This document shows, one piece after another, positions 53,139 to 64,000 of a stretch of 64,000 nt of DNA. The position numbers were made by a program, and so were the translations under genes. Within the stretch, counting starts at the first letter, position 1. Each line of letters starts with the position of its first letter. This DNA comes from Eledone cirrhosa. Lineage: Eukaryota. The stretch lies in the NCBI GenBank assembly GCA_964016885.1, contig OZ024742.1:82398001-82462000 (forward strand), written 5' to 3'. Under the pieces are notes generated by a model. The model saw only the letters and a list, made by a program, of their open reading frames with translations. It did not search any database and was not told where the DNA came from.

Positions 53139-56100
53139 TCGCCAATCCTCGATAAGAGTGTTTAAATATCGAACATAAACAGTTCGAATAACGGTGAAAT
53201 GGAGACTAGAACGTCATGTGACAGACTCTCACCCAACAGGTGCCCCCTGGCTCAGCAGCAGGAACCTGACTGTCAATCAAATACTGCTAATGTTGGAGGA
53301 AGAAGAAGGAAAGGGGCCAGAACCAACTGGACGAAAGAATTGAATAGAACTGTTATGCAATGCTACCTGAAAAGTAACCCCAAGGAGAGGGGCTACAGGA
53401 GACGGATGCATAACATCTGGAACGAGATTGGTTTATTTAAATTAGATGAACAAAAATTGGCCGGGCAGGCTCGGGTAATAAGAACTAATGGGTGGATAAG
53501 CGAGCTGGAACTGGAGGAACTGAGCAGAGAGAATGGCTTGGAGATGGCGGGTGTAGTATGCCAGACAAGCGAGCCAGTGGAAAATGAAGGTGAAGAGGTC
53601 CTGAGAACGGAGGAACCACCTGAAGCAGACAATGATCTGAATACTGAGATAAATAATACCTGGAACAGAGATACGGCCACTGAGGAGATGAATGCTGACG
53701 GGCTAGGACAAGATTCGGTTGACATCCTAAATTTAGTGGTAGATGAATTGAACAATGATAGTGGGAGACCTATGAACCTAAGATTTGTAGACAGGAAAAA
53801 GTTAAAAGAAACAACAGCTAAGGTAAACAAAGTCATCCCATACCTTGAGGCGAGGAGCCTTCACCAGTGCAACAATATCCTCAAAGCAACAGCAAATACG
53901 GTGAGGAAACTACTTGGTATAAAAACAACAGACAAGAAAGAGCAGAGCCGTGGTGGAAGAAGCGACTGAGTGGGCAAATCGGGGAAATGAGAAATGACAT
54001 AGGAAAGCTTGAGTCACTACTGAATGGGGCACTAAAAAACATAGGCATTAAAATAGACTGGAAATAAAATACAAAACTAGGAGTAAAAAGCTAAATATTA
54101 TCATAGAGGAATTGAAGCAACGCATTGTAGCAAAGAGTGCAAAAATCAGGCGATACGAGAACAGAGTCAGTCAGTATAAACAGAACCGCATGTTCGACAA
54201 CAACCAGAAGATGCTGTTTGGACAGCTTGAGGGGGAAGAAAGAGGCAACGACTTGATCCCTGGGGCGGAACAAACTAAAACATTCTGGAGAGGAATATGG
54301 GAGCAGGATGTTAGACATAATGCCCAGGCAGGGTGGATTGAGACAGTACAGAGGGAGATCGGTGAGCAGGCACAACAACAAACTGATTTGAGTATCACAG
54401 TTGAAACTCTTAAGGGGCAGGCCAAAAAACTAACCAACTGGAAATCACCAGGCCCAGATGGCGTGCAGGGGTATTGGATTAAACATTTAACATCCCTCCA
54501 CCCGAAGCTGACGGCCATGTTCAATGACTGCTTGGTGTCGGGTGAGGTGCCAGAGTGGTTGACAAAAGGTACCACAGTTCTGATAATGAAAGACCGAATC
54601 AAGGGTAATGATGTTACCAACTATAGACCTATCACATGTCTGTCCGTAATGTGGAAACTGTTGACGAGCATTGTGTCTGAGGAAATCTACCATCACCTCC
54701 ACACAAACAACTTGTTACCGGACGAACAGAAAGGATGCCGAAAGAAGTCACGTGGTACAAAGGACCAGTTACTTATTGATAAGATGGTAATGGGGAATTG
54801 CAAGAGGAGACACACTGATCTTGCCATGGGATGGATAGACTACACAAAGGCATTTGACATGGTGCCTCATTCTTGGATCACCAAAAGACTGGAGATCTTC
54901 AGGGTGGCAGATAACATCAGACAGTTGCTGGGCAGGAGTATGGGGTCCTGGGAGACAGAGTTGACATCAACTGGAGTATCCTTGGGAAGCATGAAGATCA
55001 AGAGAGGTATCTTCCAGGGAGATAGCCTGTCCCCTCTGTTGTTTGTCCTTGCCCTAATGCCCTTGACCATTATGCTGCGAAAAGTGAGAGCAGGATACAA
55101 GTTGGGAAGGGGAGAGCTTACCATCAATCACCTCCTCTTCATGGACGATCTTAAGCTCTTCGGGAAAAGTGAGAAGGAGTTGGATGTGCTTGTTGACACT
55201 GTCCGTATGTTCAGCAGTGATATATGTATGCAGTTTGGTATTGGTAAATGTGGAGTCATTGTGATGAGGAGGGGTAGGTTGAGCAGAAGTAGCGGGATCC
55301 AGATACCAACAGGTGAGATGATAAAGGAAATTGACTCTGAGGAAGGATACAAGTATTTGGGCGTTCTGGAGGCTGATGGCATAAAGAACAAAAAAATGAA
55401 GGAATTGTTAAGAACTGAATACATTCGGAGAGTAAGGAGCGTATTGAAGTCACATCTGAACAGCAGAAATGCCATAAGCGCAGTAAATTCCCGAGCTGTG
55501 TCTATTATTAGGTACAGTGCGGGAATTCTGAGATGGAATGTTGCTGAACAAAAAGAAATGGATAGGAAGACTAGGAAGCTATTGACTATCTAGAACATGT
55601 TCCACAAGAGGAGTGATGTCGATAGACTCTACCTAAGGAGATCTGAGGGTGGAAGAGGTCTTATAAGCATAGAGGACTGTGTTCAGATGCAGAAAAACAA
55701 CCTATACAAATACGTGACCTATAGTAAGGAGCCAATGCTCAAAACTGTACTGAAGGAGGGGACAGTAGGCCAGGGGATGTCCAAGGAGGAAATAACATCA
55801 AGGAGGAAGAGCAGCCTTAAGGGAAAATCCCTTCATAGTACCTTCTTTGAGAAAACTGAATTTAGAGATCCACAGACATGGAACTGGTTGAGAAGAGGAG
55901 ACCTCAAAAAGGCTACAGAAGGAATGATAATGGCTGCGCAGGAGCAGGCCCTCAAAACGAAGTGGTTGAAGCACCATATTTACAAGGAGGAGGCTAGCCC
56001 ACTGTGCAGGATCTGTGGAGAGAGAGAGGGGACTGTGGCTCACATTGTGTCCGAGTGTAAACAGACCCACTATAAGGGCTGGAGACACGATGTGATGGGC

Positions 56101-56634
56101 AGGGTGATCCACTGGCACCTGTGCAAAGTAAACAATTTACCACACTCTGAGAAATGGTATGAGCATAGGCCGGAGGCGGTGATGGAGAACAATCAGGTGA
56201 AGGTGCTGTGGGATTTTAGGATACAGACGGACAAAAAACTGGAACACAATAGACCTGACCTGGTGGTTGTGGACAAAGAAAAAAGATCGTGTCTGATTGT
56301 GGATGTGGCCTGCCCGTTCGACACGAGAGTGCAAGAGGGAGAAAATTAACCGATACCAGGACCTAAAGTGGGAGGTGAAAAGGATTTGGAACTGCCATGA
56401 AGTCAAAGTGATCCCGATTGTCATAGGCGCACTGGGGACTACCTCCAAAAGTTTCCAGGGATGGTTAAAGAAAATCGGCCCCTTCACGCTTTTTGGAACG
56501 CTTCAAAAGGCATGCTTGCTTGGAACAGCAAGAACCCTCCGATACGTCCTTAATATCTGAGGCTGCAGGTAGTGTCTTGATATTCATTCCAACGGACTTT
56601 CCAGTTAACCAACATCAATGACTGAGATTCAAGG
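53137..56634 (+). mobile_element. R4/Dong-clade LINE, copy B (near full length, young)
   Basis: ORF pieces 53199-53969, 54112-55593, 55597-56349, 56297-56560; short 3'UTR then (AAC/AAT)n. Confidence 0.95.
53199..56560 (+). pseudogene. RT + CCHC zinc finger + PD-(D/E)XK endonuclease ORF with a few frameshifts and one in-frame TAG
   Basis: KSPGPDG, NYRPITCL, IFQGDSLSP, LFMDDLK, CRIC-x7-H-x4-C, WRHD, RPDLVVVD..DVACP. Confidence 0.93.
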
Positions 56635-56661
56635 AATAACAACAATAATAATAATAATAAT

Positions 56662-56844
56662 TGTTTCTACTTTTGGCACAAGGCCAGCAATTATCCAGTG
56701 TATTACTGGTACTTTATTTTATCGACCCCCGAAAGGATGAAAGGCAAAGTTAACCTCGGCGGGATTTGAACTCAGAATGGCAAGGGCCGAAACTCTATGC
56801 GTCAAAGCATGGTGTCCGACCCTCTACCGATACTGCCAATCCAC
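56662..56844 (-). mobile_element. SINE inserted in the (AAT)n tail of copy B
   Basis: Full family sequence flanked by aataat on both sides. Confidence 0.92.
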
Positions 56845-56856
56845 AATAATAATAAT

Positions 56857-57089
56857 AGTCAAAGTGGTCCCGATTGTCATAGGCGAGCTAGGTACTAGCT
56901 CAACAAGTTTCCAGGGATGGTTAAAGAAAATTGGCCCCTTCACGCTTTTTGGAACGCTTCAAAAGGCATGATTGCTGGGAACAGCAAGAACCCTCCGATA
57001 CGTCCTGAATATCTGAGGCTGCAGGTAGTGTCTTGATATTCATTTCAACAAACTTTCCAGTTAACTAACATCAATGACTGAGACTCAAA

Positions 57090-57090
<1 letters not shown>
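56857..57090 (+). mobile_element. R4/Dong LINE copy C (233-bp 3' fragment of the B family)
   Basis: Matches 56401-56634; followed by (AAT)10. Confidence 0.92.
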
Positions 57091-57150
<60 letters not shown>

Positions 57151-57190
57151 AAGAAGAAGAAGAAGAAGAAGAAGAAGAAGAAGAAGAAGA
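57091..57190. repeat. Compound (AAT)10(AAG)~23 microsatellite between copies C and D
   Basis: Direct reading. Confidence 0.95.
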
Positions 57191-60081
57191 AATCTACTTG
57201 GCAAGAGAACATCAATCGCCAAATAAACCTTCTCCGATCTGACATAGAAATTTTAACAAACTATAAAGTAGGTGAACATGTTAAACAAACTAAACTTAGA
57301 AAATTGAAAAAAAAGTACAGTATAAAATCAACATGTGACATAGACATGCTGATAGAAATAATCAAGGAAAAAGTGTCGGCCAAAGCTGCTCTTATAAGGC
57401 GCTTTGAAAAACGATCTAGATTCTATAAGGACAATAATATGTTCCAAAACAACCAAAGAAACTTCTACAGAAAAATTGGTAAGTCAACAATAACTGCTAA
57501 ATCAATACCACCCAAGGAGGAAGTGCAAGAATTCTGGGAAAAGATCTGGGCCGAAGAAAAAGTTCATAACATACATGCCCCATGGATAGACAGACAAATG
57601 AAAGATACAGCACACCTTGAGGAACAAACATGGGAAAATATAACAGTTGAACAGTTACGCTTGGCTCTAAGAAAAACCAGCAAATGGAAATCCCCAGGAA
57701 AAGACAAAATACAAAACTTTTGGATAAATGGCTTCAAAGAGTCTCATGAGCTGTTAGCCCAACTTTACAATGAAATAGTTAAGGAGCCAGAAAAGATACC
57801 TTCATGGCTAGTTAACGGCATTACATTCCTGCTTCCGAAGAATGATGAGACAAACAATCCCAAAAATTACAGACCGATAACTTGCTTGACCACAATGTAT
57901 AACATTTTAACATCAGTCCTAACTGAATACACATATGACCACCTGATAACAAATGACCTATTTCCCATTGAGCAGAAATGGTGTAAACGAGGCTCATATG
58001 GCTGTAAGGATCAGCTTCTGGTTAACAAAATGATACTGGAAGATTGTCATAATAGACACAAAAATCTATCGATTGCTTGGATAGATTATAAAAAAGCATT
58101 TGATAGTTTGCCACACAGTTGAATTGAAAAATGTTTAGAGATTTTCAAAATATCCCCCGTGTCAGGAGGTTTTTGTCATTCAGTATGAAGACATGGAAAA
58201 CGACACTCCTTTTGAATAGTGAAACAAAATCACTGGAAGCTGGAGAAGTTAATATTAATCGTGGAATTTTTCAGGGTGACTCTTTATCACCGCTTTTATT
58301 CTGCATCGCACTTATACCATTAAGTAAAATGCTCAATGAAACAAAACATGGATATAAAGTCTATGACAAAACCATTAATCACCTGTTCTACATGGATGAC
58401 CTGAAACTATTTGCAAAAAATGATGAACAATTGCAAGGTCTATTATCCACTGTGAAGCAGTTCAGTGATGACATTAAAATGGAGTTTGGACTAGATAAAT
58501 GCGCCAAAGCAACGTTCACCAGAGGAAAGCTGCTGAAGAGTTCAGACATTAATCTTGATCGGGGGAACGTGATAAGAGAACTTGATCAAGAAAAAACTTA
58601 CAAATATCTAGGTGTTTGTGAAGGAGACGGAATCAAGCACTCGACAATGAGGGAAAGGATAAGGAAGGAATGTTACCGCAGAGTAAGAGCAATCTTAAGA
58701 ACGGAATTGAATGCAAGGATAGGATCGATGCCATAAACACGCTTGCCATACCAGTAGTAACCTACAGTTACAATGTCATCAACTGGTCAAGCACAGAGAT
58801 TCGTAGGCTCGATACAAAAATTCGAAAATTCTTAACCATGCACAGAATGCATCACCCTAAGGCAGATATAGATAGAATATATCTCCCTAGGAAAGAAGGA
58901 GGACGTGGGTTAATCCAGTTAGACATTGCGTTGAAAACTGCAACAATTGGATTATCTACATATCTAAGGGAATCACATGATTGGATGATCAAACTCGTTT
59001 TGAAACACGAAAGCATCAAAAGATCATATTCCATTACAAAAGATGCACAAAGATACAGTAATGGACTAAAAATTTCAGAAGTCCCATTTACTGCTGAAAT
59101 GGAAAACACAGAAAAATCAAAGCAGGTAAAAGTAACTGCAAAGAAAGAACTGCTACAGAAACTGGCTAAGAAATGGCAAGAAAAGCCTCTGTATGGAAAA
59201 TACACTGAGCGAGCTATCAATCCTGATGTTGACAAAACTTTAACCCATCAGTGGTTGGCATCCTCTGGACTGAAATCGGAGACTGAAGGACTGATTATAT
59301 CGGCACAAGATCAGTGTCTGCCAACGAAAAATTACCAAGCCAACATAATAAAAAATGGGTGCAGCCCATTATGCCGTGTATGCAAAAAACAACCAGAGAC
59401 CATTGACCATATAATTTCAATGTGCAGTCCTATAGCTCCAACCGAATACCTAAACAGGCATGCCAGAGCTGCACAATACATACATTGGATAATGTGTAAG
59501 CATTTTGACCTGCCCCATCAAAAGAATTGGTGGGAGCATCAACCACCTCCCATACTTGAAAAAGATCACATCTCAATCTTGTGGAACTTTAGCATCCAAA
59601 CAGACCGAAAAATAGATGTAAACAGACCTGATATAATATTGAAAGACTTTCAAAAGAGGGTATGCCTGCTAATTGATATGTCTGTTCCAATAGACAAGAA
59701 TGTATCTATAAAAAGATTTGAAAAATTGAGCAAGTATAAGGACCTGGAGATAGAAATTGGAAAAATGTGGAAATTGAGAACTAAAACAATACCAGTGGTT
59801 GTAGGCGCTCTGGGAATGATACCTAAGGGGTCTAATGATTACTTATCGCAAATCCCAGGAAACGGGCGTATAGGAGAAATACAAAAGATAGTACTAATGG
59901 GAACTGCCCATATACTAAGGAAGATTCTGTCAATATAAGTACATCACAAGTCTAAACACCTAAAGATGCATGTGTGAGTATGTATGTTCTTTCTTGAACA
60001 TGCCGGACCTTGTTGTCTCTTGAGGTCACTGGTTGTGACTTGGTGATAACTCGTATGAACATAAAGCAAGATAAATTCAAC

Positions 60082-60082
<1 letters not shown>
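57191..60082 (+). mobile_element. R4/Dong LINE copy D (5'-truncated, different family, closer to copy A)
   Basis: ORFs 57304-58122, 58131-58736, 58670-59938: FYMDDLK, CRVC-x7-H-x4-C, NRPDIILKD..IDMSVP; (AAT)n at 60083-60139. Confidence 0.94.
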
Positions 60083-60139
<57 letters not shown>

Positions 60140-60140
<1 letters not shown>

Positions 60141-63132
60141 GATACGGCCACTGAGGAGATGAATGCTGACGGGCTAGGACAAGATTCGGTTGACATCCTA
60201 AACTTAGTGGTAGATGAATTGAACAATGATAGTGGGAGACCTATGAACCTAAGATTTGTAGACAGGAAAAAGTTAAAAGAAACAACAGCTAAGGTAAACA
60301 AAGTCATCCCATACCTTGAGGCGAGGAGCCTTCACCAGTGCAACAATATCCTCAAAGCAACAGCAAATACGGTGAGGAAACTACTTGGTATAAAAGCGAG
60401 ATGAAACAACAGACAAGAAAGAGCAGAGCCGTGGTGGAAGAAGCGACTGAGTGGGCAAATCGGGGAAATGAGAAATGACATAGGAAAGCTTGAGTCACTA
60501 CTGAATGGGACACTAAAAAACATAGGCACTAAAAATAGACTGGAAATAAAATACAAAACTAGGAGTAAAAAGCTAAATATTATCATAGAGGAATTGAAGC
60601 AACGCATTGTAGCAAAGAGTGCAAAAATCAGGCGATACGAGAACAGAGTCAGTCAGTATAAACAGAACCGCATGTTCGACAACAACCAGAAGATGCTGTT
60701 TGGACAGCTTGAGGGGAAAGAAAGAGGCAACGACTTGATCCCTGGGGCGGAACAAACTAAAACATTCTGGAGAGGAATATGGGAGCAGGATGTTAGACAC
60801 AATGCCCAGGCAGGGTGGATTGAGACAGTACAGAGGGAGATCGGTGAGCAGGCACAACAACAAACTGATTTGAGTATCACAGTTGAAACTCTTAAGGGGC
60901 AGGCCAAAAAACTAACCAACTGGAAATCACCAGGCCAGATGGTGTGCAGGGGTATTGGATTAAACATTTAACATCCCTCCACCCGAAGCTGACGGCCATG
61001 TTCAATGACTGCTTGGTGTCGGGTGAGGTGCCAGAGTGGTTGACAAAAGGTACCACAGTTCTGATAATGAAAGACCGAATCAAGGGTAATGATGTTACCA
61101 ACTATAGACCTATCACATGTCTGTCCGTAATGTGGAAACTGTTGACGAGCATTGTGTCTGAGGAAATCTACCATCACCTCCACACAAACAACTTGTTACC
61201 GGACGAACAGAAAGGATGCCGAAAGAAGTCACGTGGTACAAAGGACCAGTTGCTTATTGATAAGATGGTAATGGGGTATTGCAGGAGGAGACACACTGAT
61301 CTTGCCATGGGATGGATAGACTACAGAAAGGCATTTGACATGGTGCCTCATTCCTGGATCACCAAAAGCCTGGAGATCTTCAGGGTGGCAGATAACATCA
61401 GACAGTTGCTAGGCAGGAGTATGGGGTCCTGGGAGACAGAGTTGACATCAACTGGAGTATCCTTGGGAAGCGTGAAGATCAAGAGAGGTATCTTCCAGGG
61501 AGATAGCCTGTCCCCTCTGTTGTTTGTCCTTGCCCTGATGCCCTTGACCATTATGCTGCGAAAAGTGTGAGCAGGATACAAGTTGGGAAGGGGAGAGCTT
61601 ACCATCAATCACCTCCTCTTCATGGACGATATTAAGCTCTTCGGGAAAAGTGAGAAGGAGTTGGATGTGCTTGTTGACACTGTCCGTATTTTCAGCAGTG
61701 ATATATGTATGCAGTTTGGTATTGGTAAATGTGGAGTCATTGTGATGAAGAGGGGTAGGTTGAGCAGAAGTAACGGAATCCTGGTACCAACAGGTGAGAT
61801 GATAAAGGAAATTGACTCTGAGGAAGGATACAAGTATTTGGGCGTTCTGGAGGCTGATGGCATAAAGAACAAAAAAACGAAGGAATTGTTAAGAACTGAT
61901 TACATTCGGAGAGTAAGGAGCGTATTGAAGTCACATCTGAACAGCAGAAATGCCATAAGCGCAGTAAATTCCCGAGCTGTGTCTATTATCAGGTACAGTG
62001 CGGGAACTCTGAGATGGAATGTTGCTGAACAAAAAGAAATGGATAGGAAGACTAGGAAGCTATTGACTATCTACAACATGTTCCACAAGAGGAGTGATGT
62101 CGATAGACTCTACCTAAGGAGATCTGAGGGTGGAAGAGGTCTTATAAGCATAGAGGACTGTGTTCAGATGGAGAAAAACAACCTATACAAATACGTGACC
62201 TATAGTAAGGAGCCAATGCTCAGAACTGTACTGAAGGAGGGGACAGTAGGCCAGGGGATGTCCAAGGAGGAAATAACATCAAGGAGGAAGAGCAGCCTTA
62301 AGGGAAAATCCCTTCATAGTACCTTCTTTGAGAAAACTGAATTTAGAGATCCACAGACATGGAACTGGTTGAGAAGAGGAGACCTCAAAAAGGCTACAGA
62401 AGGAATGCTAATGGCTGCGCAGGAGCAGGCCCTCAAAACGAAGTGGTTGAAGCACCATATCTACAAGGAGGAGGCTAGCCCACTGTGCAGGATCTGTGGA
62501 GAGAGAGAGGAGACTGTGGCTCACATTGTGTCCGAGTGTAAACACCTAGCCCTGACCCTCTATAAGGGCTGGAGACACGATGTGATGGGCATGGTGATCC
62601 ACTGGCACCTGTGCAAAGTAAACAATTTACCACATTCTGAGAAATGGTATGAGCATAGGCCAGAGGCGGTGATGGAGAACAATCAGGTGAAGGTGCTGTG
62701 GGATTTTAGGATACAGACGGACAAAAAACTGGAACACAATAGACCTGACCTGGTGGTTGTGGACAAAGAAAAAAGATCGTGCCTGATTGTGGATGTGGCC
62801 TGCCCGTTCGACACGAGAGTGCAAGAGAAGGAGAGGGAGAAAATTAACCGATACGAGGACCTAAAGTGGGAGGTGAAAAGGATTTGGAACTGCCATGAAG
62901 TCAAAGTGATCCCGATTGTCATAGGCGCACTGGGGACTATCTCCAAAAGTTTCCAGGGAAGGTTAAAGAAAATCGGCCCCTTCACGCTTTTTGGAACGCT
63001 TCAAAAGGCATGCTTGCTTGGAACAGCAAGAACCCTCCGATACGTCCTGAATATCTGAGGCTGCAGGTAGTGGCTTGATATTCAATCCAACGGACTTTCC
63101 AGTTAACCAACATCAATGACTGAGATTCAAGG
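60140..63132 (+). mobile_element. R4/Dong LINE copy E (B family, 5'-truncated by ~530 bp)
   Basis: Near-identical to 53668-56634; ORFs 60159-60404, 60468-60971, 60944-61570, 61583-63058; (AAC/AAT)n tail to ~63165. Confidence 0.95.
61583..63058 (+). pseudogene. Uninterrupted C-terminal half of the R4/Dong ORF (RT motif 5 onward, zinc finger, RLE), 491 codons
   Basis: LFMDD, CRICGEREETVAHIVSEC, RHD, RPD..D..KINRY; separated from the upstream RT by a TGA at 61568. Confidence 0.88.
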
Positions 63133-63491
63133 AATAACAACAACAATAATAATAATAATAATAATATATAAATAGACTGAATTGATGACCCTGTCAAAAT
63201 CAAAAAACAAAAATCAAAATCAAAGCAGCACAGCAACAACGAAAAACGTAAAGAAAAGAAAAATGAAGAGAAAAACAAACAGACGGACAGAGAAGGGAAG
63301 GGAAAAACTAAGTTAGACATTCAAACATTACAGTACAATGAAATTTATGCATATTCTTTTTTGGGTTTTTTTGCCTGTTTGTTTGTTTGTTTATTTATGT
63401 TCGTCTACAGCGTGATAATGCCACACAAAAATCACCGGGAGTGACGAAATCACCGGAGGTGATGAAATCACCGGTGGTTATGTAACCATAC

Positions 63492-64000
63492 ATTCGCCAA
63501 TCCTCTATAAGAGTGTTTAAATGTCGACACTAAACAGTTCGAATAACGGTGAAATGGAGACTAGAATCTCATGTGACAGACTCTCACCCAACAGGTGCTC
63601 CCTGGCTCAGCAGCAGGGACCTGGCTGTCAAGCAAATACTGCTGGAGTCGGAGGAAGAAGAAGAAGGAAAGTGACCAGAACCAACTGGACGAAAGAATTG
63701 AATAGAACTGTTATGCAATGTTACCTGAAGAGTAACCCCAAGGAGAAAGGCCATAGGAAACGGATGCATAACATCTGGAACGAGATTGGTATATTTAAAT
63801 TAGATGAACAAAAATTGGCCGGGCAGGCTCGGGTAATAAGAACTATTGGGTGGATAAGCGAGCTGGAACTGGAGGAACTGAGCAGAGAGATTAGCTTGCA
63901 AATGGAGAGTGGAGTATGCCAGGCAAACGAGCCAGTGGGAAATGAAGGTGAAGAGGTCGAGAGAATGGAGGAACCACACGAAGCAGACAATGATCTGAAT
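63492..64000 (+). mobile_element. R4/Dong LINE copy F (5' part, B family, runs off the window)
   Basis: Homologous to 53137-53640, with more divergence and a frameshift/stop. Confidence 0.92.

Overview
AT-rich, microsatellite-laden eukaryotic DNA made almost entirely of transposable elements. An abundant tRNA-derived SINE resembling octopus SINEs suggests an octopod cephalopod (inference). No host gene is confidently identifiable, and most short ORFs in the track are (TA)n/(TG)n translation artefacts. Recognisable elements: two tail-to-tail L1/Tx1-like LINEs, an RTE-group LINE, a CR1-group LINE, a degenerate Helitron with a small Helitron-like neighbour, a mariner 3' end, three Penelope-like (GIY-YIG) elements, and about nine SINEs. 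Three features stand out. (1) A ~15 kb head-to-tail train (48951-64000) of six R4/Dong-type restriction-like-endonuclease LINEs from at least two lineages, almost all joined through (AAT)n tracts. (2) About ten unrelated families of mostly non-coding elements in (TA)n, each carrying a type-I hammerhead-ribozyme motif (~20 motifs, one with a compensatory base change) and often a shared 'inverted terminal copy + body + tail' architecture, including a ~3.2 kb palindrome. (3) A young ~554-bp tandem array derived from a TIR-less element found 6 kb upstream. All alignments and RNA folds were made by eye, so coordinates are approximate.
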